A stretch of DNA of 48,313 bases from Fimbriimonadales bacterium (GCA_045862955.1 BTVI01000024.1:1-48313); one strand, 5' to 3'; shown: positions 9,505 to 20,323, numbered from the stretch's first letter. A program made the numbers and translations. The notes: generated by a model from the letters alone, not told the origin.

Positions 9505-10785
9505 CTACGTCGGTCGTCCTCCCCGGCGGCGACGCGCCAGTAGGAGCAGCGCGGGGGCTACCAGTGCCACACCCCCCGGCTCCGGGACCGGAGAGGAGAG
9601 GTAGAGGGACCACTTGAGCGTGGTGGGGTCGGCCACCGTCCAGAGGACCTCGCCACGGTCGTTGAGGTCGCACACCTGGACGCCCCAGGCGGTGCCTTGG
9701 GTCAAGCCGATCCCCGCAGTGAGATCGTAGTCGTTGACGAACAGCGACCGGCTGCCCTGGCTGCCAACGAACCTCTGCCGATACCACACGATGTCGTTGC
9801 GTTCGTTCAGCCGCTGGGGGACAGCCATGTCGTCAGGGAGCAGCTGATCCAGAAACATCGGCGTCTCGTCCAGAAAGACACGCATCCCGTTGGCGCCCGC
9901 GACGGGACCCCCGCCCCAGAGGACATGTCCCGCGGAGTTGATGCGCGCAAGGCGCTCCCACCCGATCCCGTCGGGTCCTAGCGCCGCGGCAGTGAGGTCG
10001 TAGTCACCCTTGAAGACGTGGTAGCGGTAGTACCCTCGGAGCTTGAGCACCCAGGCCACTTCGCCCGAGTCGTTCGCTTGTCAGGGCATCGAGCCGGTGG
10101 ACCAGTCGGAAGGTGTTATCTCCCAATCACCCAGGTCGTAGCGGCGCATAAGGGCTTCACCGTCGAACCACAGCTCGGGCTGTGCCTAACCGTAGCCGCG
10201 GCCCCACCAGAGAATTCTGCCCTCCGGTGTCACGTCCCAGCTCCTGTCGTACCACCCGTCGGTCCACTGATCCGAATAGTCCACCCCCTGCTTCATCACC
10301 GTGGCACGCACGTTGCTCCCGTTCGTCCACCTCATCTTGCCCTGGGGGTTGAGGTGGGCCATGATGGACTGCCACACGCCGCTATGCCAACCCTCGTTCT
10401 GGATCACACCGTTATGCAGCACACGCCATGTGTGCGGGTACTCAACCAGCTTTCCTGCAGCCAACCAGTTCCCATCGTCATCCACACCTGCAGGCCATAG
10501 GTCGGTGACACCGTTGATAGTGTCCGGCAGGAACTGGCTATTGAGCATCACCTGCGAAGGCGTGCCGACTGTGCGCACGAAGTAGTGCCCGGTGTTGCTG
10601 AGGTGTCCTGCGCCGAGGTCGTTCATCCCACCCAACAGCAGGCGGTGCGTTTATTCCATTCCATGGCACGTGCCCGCATGAGCTAACACCTGGAGTGCGG
10701 CCAGCGCCCCTCTCGGGGCGGCCGAAGCCGCCCCGAAGAGAGGCGATACCAGGCGCAGAACCCTACGTACCGCCGTATAGTGCAT
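9505..10785 (-). pseudogene. PEP-CTERM surface protein interrupted by three in-frame stops
   Basis: One frame from ATG 10785 (AGGAG RBS) to VPEPGGVALVAPALLLLARRRR. Stops: TAA 10653-10651, TAG 10188-10186, TGA 10083-10081. Repeated (I/L)N..G.(V/I).W blade-like motifs. Confidence 0.8.
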
Positions 10786-10798
10786 CTCTCAGCTCCTG

Positions 10799-11835
10799 TT
10801 AATGTCCGAAGATCGCCGTCGTATCCCATCCGCCCATCGGCATCAGACCGATGTTGCGCTTCTGCATGCGGTGGCTGAAGTAGTCGTAGAACGAGCCGTA
10901 CGGTACGGTCCAAGCAGGCGTGCTCTTCGGCCCGGCCTTCTGCGTGAACACCGGGTGCTTCCCACTGCTCCACGCCACGTGGACACCGGCAGGCTCCGAA
11001 ACCGCTCCGAACACGGGGTAGTTCGGATCAGCTCCCTCCGCGGGTCGCCCGTCGCCTCTCCAAGCGTCTCGACAAACGAGATGTCGTCAAGCAAGACGCG
11101 GTGTGTGATCTGCGGGCTATCGGCTTGCCAGTGGACGAACTTCATCGAGTGGATGCCCGACGGGTATCCGTGTCGGGCGACCAGCGTGTTGTCGAAGTAC
11201 ACCTCGATGTACCGGTGCATCCTCATATGCAGCAGCGAAGCGTCGTGCTCCACTTTCCACTTCACGGTGTGCCACTGGTTGTTCCGGGTAATGCAGGTGG
11301 CGGTGCTGTAGACGCCGCCGAATCGCACATGGTACTGGTCCGTCGGAGTCCTTCCGGCGATGGGGCCGAACATCACGCCGCCGACGTCGAGGGCCCAGTT
11401 GCCCGCGGGCGTGGTAACGGTTTCCTTGAAGCGGACGGATGCCTCCCCGACGAAGGGCTTCTCCACGTGAAAGGTGAACATGTCGCCCTCCACGTCCAGC
11501 ACACGGTTGTAGCCGCCGGGCAGGTCCGAGGTGATCCGAAAGTCGAAGTCGCCGGCTGTGATGTTCCGATCGTAGACCAGCTCGAGTTTGCCTAGCATCT
11601 GGTGCGAGGGCTGAAGGCGTGTATCAACGTACGCCTTGAACGCGTCGGGACCGGAGCCAAGCAGGTTGAACTCGCCGCTCGAGCCTTGGAAGTGCCACGT
11701 GACCTGGCGTCCGCCCTCGGGGATCGGCTCGGGGGTGGGCTCGGGGTCCTCCTGGATCTGCGCGCTAGCGGGCAGCGACACCAGAATCAGTACTAACCCT
11801 CACCTAGTAAGCAAACTCACAAACTCATGCTTCAT
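10799..11835 (-). pseudogene. Secreted hypothetical protein, disrupted
   Basis: MKHEFVSLLTR*GLVLILVSLPASAQ: TGA at 11802-11800 inside the signal peptide; probable frameshift near 11040 into the frame ending at 10799. Confidence 0.6.
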
Positions 11836-12270
11836 CTATCGCGCCTGCCTTCCTTGGAATGGTCGGCGCCCCGGCGCGCATCGCTTTCTTCACATTCGAC
11901 CACATCATACAGCAAGGCTCGTCGATCCGCAACTCTCCGCCCGGTTTTTCTCCACAAGCGGAGTTACTTAGCGAGGCTAGGTCCGTCGGGTAGTGACCCT
12001 CCGGCCCTATCAGGCGAACGGGGAGGTCTTGCGTTGCACCGCGCCCGTGGCTTCGCCGTCTCGGCGATGCTGGGGCTCCGGTGGGGCGCCGGAACTGCGA
12101 GCTGCAGGCTCTGCGTGAGGCCGCCGGCCCGGACTTTCACGCAGAGATCGCAGAGGAATGCCAGGATTCGCAAAGACGGACCAGCGTCGCGGTGCAACTG
12201 CCTCCTGAGCCCCGGCGCGGTAGTGCTGGGAGCCGGCACGGACGCGGGCCAGAGAGTGAAGCCAAAAGCG

Positions 12271-13011
12271 CTACGTCTTGTTTGGAACGTACTCCCCGGT
12301 GACTTCCATCCGCAGCTCGGTGTCGTCGCCGCCCATGTCCACCACCATCCCGCTCACTTTCCCGGTCAGCTTGACCATCTCTCCGTTCGAGAGGTCGATC
12401 CACACCGTCAGCTCGGCCTGCACCTTCCCCTTGTCCGTGCCGAACGGCTTCTCGACGTACTTGTGCTCCAGCTTGGCGCACTGCACCCCGTTCACGGTCT
12501 CGATGGCCAATAACTTGGTGTCTGCAGTGCCGCCGCGAAGGCCACCCTTCTCGTCCGCCTTCGGTTCGTACTTCCAGGCCTGGCCCACCGCCACGGGCTT
12601 CTCGGGGTAGACGACTTGGATCGCCCTACCGAGACGGAGGCCCATGTCGTCCTCCGTGTTGGAAGTCTCCATCTTCAGAATGTCGTTGCGCGGGCTGACG
12701 AGCATCTTGTCCGTGCCCGGCTCCTCCGATGGATTGGGAAGTTCCATGTCGTTGAACTTCATCGTCAACTTCAGCTCGCGCGACTCGAGCTGTGCGTTGC
12801 CGTCCGGCGTCACCTTGACGCACTTCTCGACGTCCTCACGTTCTACGACGAGGCGGTATTCCTCGCCCCGAGCGGGCAGGATTATCGCCTTCGAGGCGTA
12901 CTTCCGCTCCGTTCCCTCTTTGAACACACGCTTCAGCGTGTACGTCTCCTGGCCGAGCGCGGGAACAGCGACGAGATAGCCGAGGGCTATGCAGATAGCG
13001 ATAGTTCTCAT
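12271..13011 (-). CDS. Secreted beta-rich hypothetical protein, paralog of 13026-13796
   Basis: Signal peptide MRTIAICIALGYLVAVPALG; shares PekPV.VG..W, E.VnG..cAK and W.D...G..VK motifs with its neighbour. Confidence 0.8.
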   Translation of the reverse strand: MRTIAICIALGYLVAVPALGQETYTLKRVFKEGTERKYASKAIILPARGEEYRLVVEREDVEKCVKVTPDGNAQLESRELKLTMKFNDMELPNPSEEPGTDKMLVSPRNDILKMETSNTEDDMGLRLGRAIQVVYPEKPVAVGQAWKYEPKADEKGGLRGGTADTKLLAIETVNGVQCAKLEHKYVEKPFGTDKGKVQAELTVWIDLSNGEMVKLTGKVSGMVVDMGGDDTELRMEVTGEYVPNKT

Positions 13012-13025
13012 TGAGTTCGATCCTT

Positions 13026-13796
13026 TCACGGTGACATGGGCGTGCGGGGCGGGGCCTGTGCATCCTTCGGCTTTGCATCGAACCGAACCGTGCCGTTGAC
13101 AAGAAGGCTCTGGATGGCAAAGCCCTTGATGGTGGCCGTACCCTTCACGAGGGCACCGGTAGCCTGGTCCAGCCACATGTCGGCAGATATGGTCAAGGGG
13201 TCTTCCCCGTCACCCCGGGGCTCGCCTTTCAGCTCCATCCTCACTTTGGCGGCCTTGGCACCGGCCACTTCCTCGACACCGACCAGCTTGTACTCGATGG
13301 TGCCGGGAACCGCACCGGTCTTAGCCTCTGTAGCGGGCATCTTCCAGGACGAGTTCAGTTCGACTCCCTCCGCGGGCACGTAGACGTTCAGGACGGTTGC
13401 CACCAGCCGGGCGATCTCGGCCTCCGGACCGCCGCCTTCCACGGTCAGCGCCGCGAGGCGACCGTCGGGATGAAGCCACGTCCGCGTGTTCGGGGGCAAG
13501 CGGTCCATGTCCCCCATCGCTTGGCCATCGAGCGTGATGTCCATCTTCGTCCACTCGAGCATGTGCGCGATGGTGTCTTTGCGTTCACCATCCTTCACTA
13601 TGCCCTTGCAGGTCTGCTTGAGCGTCGCCTCCACGGTGACCGTCGAGCCTGTGAACTCCAGCTCGAAGTCGCCCTTCATAACGAAGCTCTGTTCGGTGCC
13701 CTCTTTGTGGACGCGAGTGATAACGACCTTGTCTGCAACCTGCCCTGAGACGGCGACTGGCACCAGGCTGCAGAGCGCTAGAGCGCGGATACCCAT
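13026..13796 (-). CDS. Secreted beta-rich hypothetical protein, paralog of 12271-13011
   Basis: AAGGAAAGG RBS, signal peptide, shared motifs (EEVAGAKAAKV, WLDQATGALVKG). Confidence 0.8.
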   Translation of the reverse strand: MGIRALALCSLVPVAVSGQVADKVVITRVHKEGTEQSFVMKGDFELEFTGSTVTVEATLKQTCKGIVKDGERKDTIAHMLEWTKMDITLDGQAMGDMDRLPPNTRTWLHPDGRLAALTVEGGGPEAEIARLVATVLNVYVPAEGVELNSSWKMPATEAKTGAVPGTIEYKLVGVEEVAGAKAAKVRMELKGEPRGDGEDPLTISADMWLDQATGALVKGTATIKGFAIQSLLVNGTVRFDAKPKDAQAPPRTPMSP

Positions 13797-13960
13797 TACC
13801 GATAGCCTTTCCTTCTTGAGATTGGTTCCCATCGAACGGATTGGCGCATTATGGCGCATCGTCCAGGTCGCAGCGCCTCGGTGCCTCCTCCACTGCCACC
13901 GATTCGCGCGGCAGACACCTGTGCCGAGGATGCTCGGAGACCCGCGGGTAGACTGCCGGT

Positions 13961-14569
13961 ATGGGCGGATGGGACGAGGCACTGTTCCGTTGGATCAACG
14001 AGGGGTGGGCCAACCCGTTCTTCGACCACTTCATGCCCTTCATCACTCATCTGGCCAAGAACCCATTTGGCATCGCACTGCTTGCCCTTGCCTGGCTTGC
14101 ACTCCTAATCTGGGGCGGGGCAAAGGGCCGGCGGGCGGCCCTGCTCCTCCTCCCCGCTGCTCTTATCGCGAACGAACTGGCGGACCTGGGCAAGACCCAC
14201 CTCGGATACCTGCGGCCGTGCGTGGAGCTGTCGGGCGTGAGGGTTCTGGGAGAGCCGCTCACCAGCGGGGGAATGCCCTCGGCCCACGCTGCCAACATGG
14301 CTGCGGTAGCGGCTGTGCTAGTCTCCCAACTGGGGTGGGGATGGTGGCCCGTGTGGCTGCTCCCGCTTGCCTCGGGCCTTTCCCGTGTGTATATCGGTGT
14401 ACACTATCCTTCACAGGTGGCGATGGGCTGGCTGCTAGGAGCCGTGATCGGCTTCGGCATCGCGTGGCCTTTCCGCGTGAGGGAGAAGGAGCGAGCTCCG
14501 CGACCGACCGACGCGGCCTCCACGGAGGCGAAGGAGGAGAAGGGTGAAAACTTGTCCGAAGTGCCATGA
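13961..14569 (+). CDS. PAP2-family membrane phosphatase
   Basis: K......RP, PSAHA and SRVYIGVHYPSQV motifs. Confidence 0.92.
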   Translation: MGGWDEALFRWINEGWANPFFDHFMPFITHLAKNPFGIALLALAWLALLIWGGAKGRRAALLLLPAALIANELADLGKTHLGYLRPCVELSGVRVLGEPLTSGGMPSAHAANMAAVAAVLVSQLGWGWWPVWLLPLASGLSRVYIGVHYPSQVAMGWLLGAVIGFGIAWPFRVREKERAPRPTDAASTEAKEEKGENLSEVP

Positions 14570-15056
14570 GCGATTGGAAGTCGTAGATATCCGTGGCGTT
14601 CGCGTGGACGTCTGTACGAAGTGCGCCGGCATCTGGTTCGATGCCGGCGAGCTCAAACAGCTTCAGTCATCAGGGCCATCGGCTTGGTTAGACCTCGAGT
14701 CGCGCGTTGCGCCGCGAACCGAGGAGACTGCCACATCGCCCGGCCACGTTCTGAAGACCTGCCCGCAGTGCTCGCTGCCGATGCACGCGTATCGCTTTCT
14801 GTACGACTCGAACATCACACTCGATGAGTGCAATCAGTGTGGTGGGATCTGGGTGGACGACAATGAGCTTTCAGAGATGGCGGAGTACCTCGCAAAGGTT
14901 CAGAAAGAGAGTGCGGGGCTTCCGAGAGGGATGCTGACACCGGAAGAGATGGACCGCATCGCGGCGAAGGCCCGGATGAGCGCGCGCGCAGCGAGCGGAG
15001 TCGGAGGAGTGCTGTCGGCCCTCCGGTCGATTACACGCCGTCCGCCTGGGCAGTAG
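14544..15056 (+). CDS. Tandem zf-TFIIB zinc-ribbon protein
   Basis: Two CPxC...DxCxxCxGIWxDxxEL modules. Confidence 0.88.
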   Translation: MKTCPKCHERLEVVDIRGVRVDVCTKCAGIWFDAGELKQLQSSGPSAWLDLESRVAPRTEETATSPGHVLKTCPQCSLPMHAYRFLYDSNITLDECNQCGGIWVDDNELSEMAEYLAKVQKESAGLPRGMLTPEEMDRIAAKARMSARAASGVGGVLSALRSITRRPPGQ

Positions 15057-15063
15057 CAGCCCG

Positions 15064-18000
15064 CTATTTCGCAGTCTGTTTCAAGAGTTCTTTCACTGCC
15101 TCGTGGAGCTGCCGGTCGTAGCCCGACATTGCGTCCTCGAAGCTGTTGTCCACGAAGATGTCGGGAGGCACCCCATAGTTCTCCAGGTTCCGCCCGTCCA
15201 TGTCCCACCAACCGGCTACGGGCAGGCGAAAGCCCGTCGTGCCATCTACCAGACGGATGTCATAGGTGCCGATAACGCCTCCGTACGTGGGCATACCTAA
15301 CACCTTTCCGAAGCCCAGATAGCGGAAACCCGAAGGCACGATCTCGGCATCGGAGCCAGAGAACTGGTTGATCATCATCAGCGTCGGCTTTCCCCACATC
15401 TGGAACGGCATGGTACGCTTCGGGCCACCGCGGCCCTTCTCCCACGCATGCTGCCTGCGAGCGAGCAGGGCATAGATATCATCGTGCAGCCACCCGCCAC
15501 CGTTGTAGCGAACATCTATGATCAGCGCATCCTTACCCTGGCACCACGGCCCGAACATCCATCTCTGCATCTTCTGGAACGACTCCTGCCCCATACCCTG
15601 GATGTGCAGATAGGCGACTCTACCGTTCGACCACTCTTCCACCTTCTTCGCGTTCTCGTCCACCCACTCGTCATACAGGAGCTGACCGAGGTCGCCGGTC
15701 GGCCGAATCAGAACGGTGCGCTCCTCGCCGGAAGCACCGCGAACTCGAAGCGTGATCCGCCTACCCACCGTGTCGGCTAAGGGTTCCCACATCTGCTCGT
15801 TATAGGTGATCTGCTTGCCCTCTATGGATAAGATTACGTCTCCCGGGTAGAGACGGCTGTTAGGGTTTTCCGCGGGGCTTCGCTTGATGACACGCAACAC
15901 TCTGGCGCCAGGGCCATCGTATGCTTCATCGAACTCCACTCCCAACGCGCCGGTCGCTCGCACGTTACGGTCCGTCGCGTACATACCGGTGTGGCTCGCC
16001 TTCAGCTCCCCGAGAATGCGGGCCCAAGTGTCGTAGAAGTCTTCCTTCGTTGCTACGTATGATGTCAGGGGCCGGTACTTCTCGCGAATCGCCTTCCAGT
16101 CCAAACCATGCATGTCGGGGTCGTAGAATTCGGCTCCCAGGGTGGCCCACGCTTCGTCGAACATCTCGTAGAGCTGTGCGCGTCTGTCGTACGTGATGTA
16201 GGCGGAGAATTTGAAAGCCTCGGAGGTGCCTCCACCCGCACCGATCTTCCGGATGCTACCTCTTGGACCGAGGAACCACAGCCTGTCCGACTTCGAGGGG
16301 AAGGTCAGTGCGCTCGGCTGCTCGTTGCCAGTCGTGATACGCCGGGAGTCTCCGCCATCCATCGGCACGATCCACAGGTCGCTGGCATGGCCGTCGGAGG
16401 ACTGGAAGATCACCGATCTGCCATCCGCCGTGATTGCGAAGTCGCTGACTCCTGCCGGCAGGGACGTGAGCTGCTTGGCGCGCTCCTCGATCAGATACTC
16501 GTCTATCTCCAGCGAAGTCGGGCTCTCGGCAGGCTTCATCTCCTCGTCCTTCTTGGGCTCTTCGTGCGGCTTGTCCTCCGGATCGGGCTCGGGCTCGAGT
16601 GGCAGGCGAAACACCTGTGCCGCACCTGCCCGCCCTGACAGGAACAGCAAGTTCTTGCCGTCGGGGCTGAACGTGGGGCGCCCGTTCCATCCGAAGTGCT
16701 TCGTAACGTCGAGAGTCACGGGCTTGCCGCTGCGGCCCGGGTCGAACGGCACCAAGAACACGTTGCGTGATGCCTGGATGTCGTCCGCACTGTAAGCGAG
16801 CCACTTCGAATCGGGAGACCACGTGATGTCGGCGAGATAGATGTCTTCTGCGACGATTCGTTCCGGACCACCATCGGCGGGAACCACTACCAGGTATCTG
16901 CCTCCGACTCCCCTACGAAAGGCGAGCCACCTCCCATCCGGCGAGAAGATCGGGTCGTAATGGCGCTCCTCGCCGCGAGTGACCTGGCGCGTCTCACCAC
17001 TGTCCAAATCTGCCACGTACACGTGGTAGTTTCCATAGTCGGTCGGGTCGAGCTTGCGATTGCTGATGAATGCGATGCGCTTGCCGTCGGGTGACAACGC
17101 GGGTTGCTGATCGTTGGCTGGGTTCTCGGTCACACGCTTTGCCTGTCCGCCACGCTTCGCGTCCACCCAAAATATCTCGCCAGCGATTACGAAGGCCGCC
17201 CGCGATGCATCCGGTGTTAGTGTGAACGAGGTAACACCCGACGAACGAGTCTCCGCAACGCGAGCGTCGTACGTATCGTCGCTGGGGGCTATGATGTTCA
17301 GCTTCTTCGGCTTACCATCCGGCAGGTCCAGCACGTACAAGTCGGCGTCGTGCTCGAAGGCGATACGTCTGCCGTTGCGTGACAAGCTGGGCCACGTAAC
17401 GAAATCCGTCTGGAAGTTCGTCACCTGGCGCGCGCCGGTGCCATCTGCATTCATCCGCCACAGGTTCGTCTCGCCCGCCTCGGTTTTGGCCCCGCGCGAG
17501 GACACCCAGTAGATGGTCTTGCCATCCGGCGTCGCCATCGGCCAGTCGTCGAAGCCGTCGTCGTCGGTGAGCCGGGTCGCGCTCCTGCCGTCGGGGCTCA
17601 GCAGGTAGAGGTCCCCATCCGCTGCCCCGCGATACTTCGGCCTCCACCACCTCTGTGGGCCCCTAACGAGTACAAATCGGCCCTCCCCTGGGAACCAAGC
17701 AGCCGTGCGTATCGCATCGGTGTCGTTGGTCAGCCGGCGGCTGCGCAGCGTCCGGATGTCCACCGCATAGAGCTGACTCATGCGCGTGTCGCGACCGGCT
17801 GCGAAGATCAGCCTATTGTCATCCAGCCAGTCGAACAGAGACTCGTCCGATGAGTGATAGGTGATCTGCGTTGCAGGCCCACCGTCCGCGGGGATGACGA
17901 AGAGGTTGTAGTCGCCCGTGCGGTTGCTCTCGAAAGCGATGCGGGTGCCGTCCGGCGACCAGCGGGGGTTGCGGTCGTGCGCGGGGTGGGCAGTTAGCCT

Positions 18001-18174
18001 GACCGCTCGACCGCCCTGCGCCGAGACCGACCACAGGTCACCGAGATAGGTGAAACAGAGGAGGGTGCCATCGGGTGAGAGCGCAGGATTGCGGGCACAG
18101 CGAACGCCCTCGGATGGACTTGCGGCTAACTGCGCCGAGACTGCGAGCGCGAGACTGATGAAGGTGGCGAACAT
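15064..18174 (-). CDS. Tricorn-like S41 protease (PD40 propellers, PDZ, S41 catalytic domain)
   Basis: Signal peptide, many SPDG repeats, IIDVRYNGGG, SGSDAE, ENYGVPPDI. Confidence 0.93.
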   Translation of the reverse strand: MFATFISLALAVSAQLAASPSEGVRCARNPALSPDGTLLCFTYLGDLWSVSAQGGRAVRLTAHPAHDRNPRWSPDGTRIAFESNRTGDYNLFVIPADGGPATQITYHSSDESLFDWLDDNRLIFAAGRDTRMSQLYAVDIRTLRSRRLTNDTDAIRTAAWFPGEGRFVLVRGPQRWWRPKYRGAADGDLYLLSPDGRSATRLTDDDGFDDWPMATPDGKTIYWVSSRGAKTEAGETNLWRMNADGTGARQVTNFQTDFVTWPSLSRNGRRIAFEHDADLYVLDLPDGKPKKLNIIAPSDDTYDARVAETRSSGVTSFTLTPDASRAAFVIAGEIFWVDAKRGGQAKRVTENPANDQQPALSPDGKRIAFISNRKLDPTDYGNYHVYVADLDSGETRQVTRGEERHYDPIFSPDGRWLAFRRGVGGRYLVVVPADGGPERIVAEDIYLADITWSPDSKWLAYSADDIQASRNVFLVPFDPGRSGKPVTLDVTKHFGWNGRPTFSPDGKNLLFLSGRAGAAQVFRLPLEPEPDPEDKPHEEPKKDEEMKPAESPTSLEIDEYLIEERAKQLTSLPAGVSDFAITADGRSVIFQSSDGHASDLWIVPMDGGDSRRITTGNEQPSALTFPSKSDRLWFLGPRGSIRKIGAGGGTSEAFKFSAYITYDRRAQLYEMFDEAWATLGAEFYDPDMHGLDWKAIREKYRPLTSYVATKEDFYDTWARILGELKASHTGMYATDRNVRATGALGVEFDEAYDGPGARVLRVIKRSPAENPNSRLYPGDVILSIEGKQITYNEQMWEPLADTVGRRITLRVRGASGEERTVLIRPTGDLGQLLYDEWVDENAKKVEEWSNGRVAYLHIQGMGQESFQKMQRWMFGPWCQGKDALIIDVRYNGGGWLHDDIYALLARRQHAWEKGRGGPKRTMPFQMWGKPTLMMINQFSGSDAEIVPSGFRYLGFGKVLGMPTYGGVIGTYDIRLVDGTTGFRLPVAGWWDMDGRNLENYGVPPDIFVDNSFEDAMSGYDRQLHEAVKELLKQTAK

Positions 18175-18276
18175 GCCCTTTGGATTCGGTCAACCAAGCG
18201 GCTGATCCTTCGAGGGCGGTGGTCACCGGACGCACTGACTGGATGCCTGGCTGGTGCACTGCATCGTTGCCAGGGA

Positions 18277-18969
18277 TTACCTCCCCTGCCGGAGCGACTC
18301 TTCCTCTGCCTCACGCCAGTGCTCCTCGGGCAGTTCGATAAAGCCGTAGTAACAGACGGGCGAACCAGTGCGCACCGCCCACGCCGCGTCACCGAACGAA
18401 TAGTGCCAAAACTCTTGCAAACAGTTGCTGAAGCCTGCTTCTAGCATGGTCTGCACCAGCAGCATTCGGTTTCGCTTCGCTTCCGCAGTCAGCCCTCGCA
18501 CATAGGTCGGCGCCCCTTCCCACTTGCCCTCGAACGGTGACGCGAGGTCCAGTTCGTTCCCAGCCTCGTCGTACAGTCTCGCATCCACAGCCCCTCCCGT
18601 GCAGTGACCGGGCGGCGCCTTGCGGTCGTAGGGGTGGAAAAAGCGGTTCGTCATTCTCTTCAGCGTCGCGTGGGACCACTCCGGGTGTGCGGCCCGAAGT
18701 TCCTCCATGTAGCGATCGTAACCTCGCTTCTGCCTCTGTAGCGGCCGCCACGCTTCTGTGACCCCCAGCCGAATCCCCGAAGGCAGGGAAGCAGCTGCCG
18801 AGGCGAGCATAGTCGCGACTCTCTCTCGCGCCCAGGGGATGGTAGTCGAGCGCGGGATGAGAACTCCGGGGCACGCGGTGCGCAGGTCGACCAGCGGCTC
18901 GTCGCACTCGACCAGCCGCACACGATCCAGCGCGGCGAGCGGTTCTCGCCCCCCATGCAGTCCCGTCAT
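18277..18969 (-). CDS. D-Ala-D-Ala dipeptidase-like M15 metallopeptidase (VanX/DdpX family)
   Basis: EAWRP, HCTGGAVD and EFWHYSFGD motifs. Confidence 0.88.
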   Translation of the reverse strand: MTGLHGGREPLAALDRVRLVECDEPLVDLRTACPGVLIPRSTTIPWARERVATMLASAAASLPSGIRLGVTEAWRPLQRQKRGYDRYMEELRAAHPEWSHATLKRMTNRFFHPYDRKAPPGHCTGGAVDARLYDEAGNELDLASPFEGKWEGAPTYVRGLTAEAKRNRMLLVQTMLEAGFSNCLQEFWHYSFGDAAWAVRTGSPVCYYGFIELPEEHWREAEEESLRQGR

Positions 18970-19025
18970 CCGCCGCTGTTTACCCTACCCGTGCCCGCGG
19001 GTGAGGGAAGCGGGTACCTTCGGAC

Positions 19026-20033
19026 GTGCCCACCGTGTCCGTCATCCTGCCCGTGCGAAACGGCGCCGCCACACTTAGCGAAGCGGTCGAGAGCATCCTT
19101 GCACAGCGCTTCACGGACATCGAACTGCTAATCGTGGACGACGGTAGTAGCGATGCGTCTCGCGAGATTGCCAACGCATTCATGAAGCAAGACGACCGTG
19201 TTGCGGTATTGCCGAACGATGGGCAAGGCCTGGTGGATGCGCTCAACACCGGCCTTCGGCACTCGTGGTGCCCCTATGTCGCCAGGATGGACGCAGACGA
19301 CCTCAGCTTGCCCGATCGCCTCGCACTCCAACTCGACCTGCTCCGCTCCGACCCCTACCTCGGAGTGGTGGGATGCAAGGTGGAGAGGTTCGGAGGTCAC
19401 GATGCGCCGGGAATGGACCTCTACGTCCGATGGCTCAACTCCCTGATCGATCCATCTGAGATTCGAGCCAAGAGATACGTGGAGAGCCCTATTGCCCACC
19501 CGACTGCGCTCGGCAGGCGCGAGGCTTTCGCACCCCTCTATCGCGACATGGGCTGGCCCGAAGACTACGACCTGTGGCTGCGCGTTCTGCGTGTCGGCTA
19601 CGAGATAGCCAAGGTGCCCGAGGTCTTGCTGCGATGGCGGGACGAGCCGACCCGCCTCAGCCGAACCGACCCCCGGTACTCTCCCGAGCGCTTCCGCGAG
19701 TGCAAGCTGGAACACATGGTCCCAGACCTCCGACTGAAGGAGCGGCCTATCTATCTATGGGGGCTGGGGAGGTCGGGCAAGCCGTGGTTGCGCCTGCTCG
19801 TTGACCGGGGGCTGGCACCGACGCTTGCCGCCGACCTGCACCCAGGCCGCATCGGCACCGAGGTCCATGGGGTCCCGGTAGTGCACCCCGAAGAGTTCGT
19901 GCGCCGTGTTCGCCCAGGCGACGAGGGCATCGTCTTGATCGCGGTGGCCGAGCCGGAATCCGTGCTCGAAGTCCAGCGTCTGCTCCGAGAGACCGGGTAC
20001 GTAGAGTGCCGCGACTATGTCTACATCGCCTAG
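19026..20033 (+). CDS. Glycosyltransferase family 2 with C-terminal Rossmann-like domain
   Basis: VSVILPVRN, VDDGSSD, ARMDADD, EDYDLW; C-terminal LWGLGRSGK. Confidence 0.9.
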   Translation: MPTVSVILPVRNGAATLSEAVESILAQRFTDIELLIVDDGSSDASREIANAFMKQDDRVAVLPNDGQGLVDALNTGLRHSWCPYVARMDADDLSLPDRLALQLDLLRSDPYLGVVGCKVERFGGHDAPGMDLYVRWLNSLIDPSEIRAKRYVESPIAHPTALGRREAFAPLYRDMGWPEDYDLWLRVLRVGYEIAKVPEVLLRWRDEPTRLSRTDPRYSPERFRECKLEHMVPDLRLKERPIYLWGLGRSGKPWLRLLVDRGLAPTLAADLHPGRIGTEVHGVPVVHPEEFVRRVRPGDEGIVLIAVAEPESVLEVQRLLRETGYVECRDYVYIA

Positions 20034-20195
20034 CCGCCGCGGCCACAGCGCAGCTCCGGCAGTCTCTCGCCATCCCGGCGTTCGTGGCGCGCCGCCGCCG
20101 GGCTGTCCAGGCGCAGCCTCGTTTCGCCTTCTCCGCAAAGCCTCTGGGAACTCCGATCCGACGCCGCCCTCGGGTAATCTTATCGAGCTAGACCC

Positions 20196-20281
20196 GGGCG
20201 AGTGGCGGAATTGGTAGACGCCCTGGATTTAGGTTCCAGTGTCCACGAGACGTAGGGGTTCGAGTCCCCTCTCGCCCACCA
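20196..20281 (+). tRNA. tRNA-Leu (anticodon TAG)
   Basis: GGGCGAG/CTCGCCC acceptor stem, anticodon arm CTGGA-TTTAGGT-TCCAG, long variable arm, GGTTCGAGTCC, encoded CCA. Confidence 0.97.
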
Positions 20282-20323
20282 ACGCCAACTAAAGAGTGCC
20301 CGATACGGCACCGCGTGCTATGA

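Noticed and set aside
10081..11802. Selenocysteine or alternative-code readthrough of TGAs at 10083 and 11802
   Set aside because: The same locus has TAA and TAG stops, one TGA is in a signal peptide, and TGA is a normal stop elsewhere in the window.
12109..12160. CTCTGCGTGA...TCACGCAGAG inverted repeat
   Set aside because: Single short copy; could be a terminator or repeat relic, too little to call.
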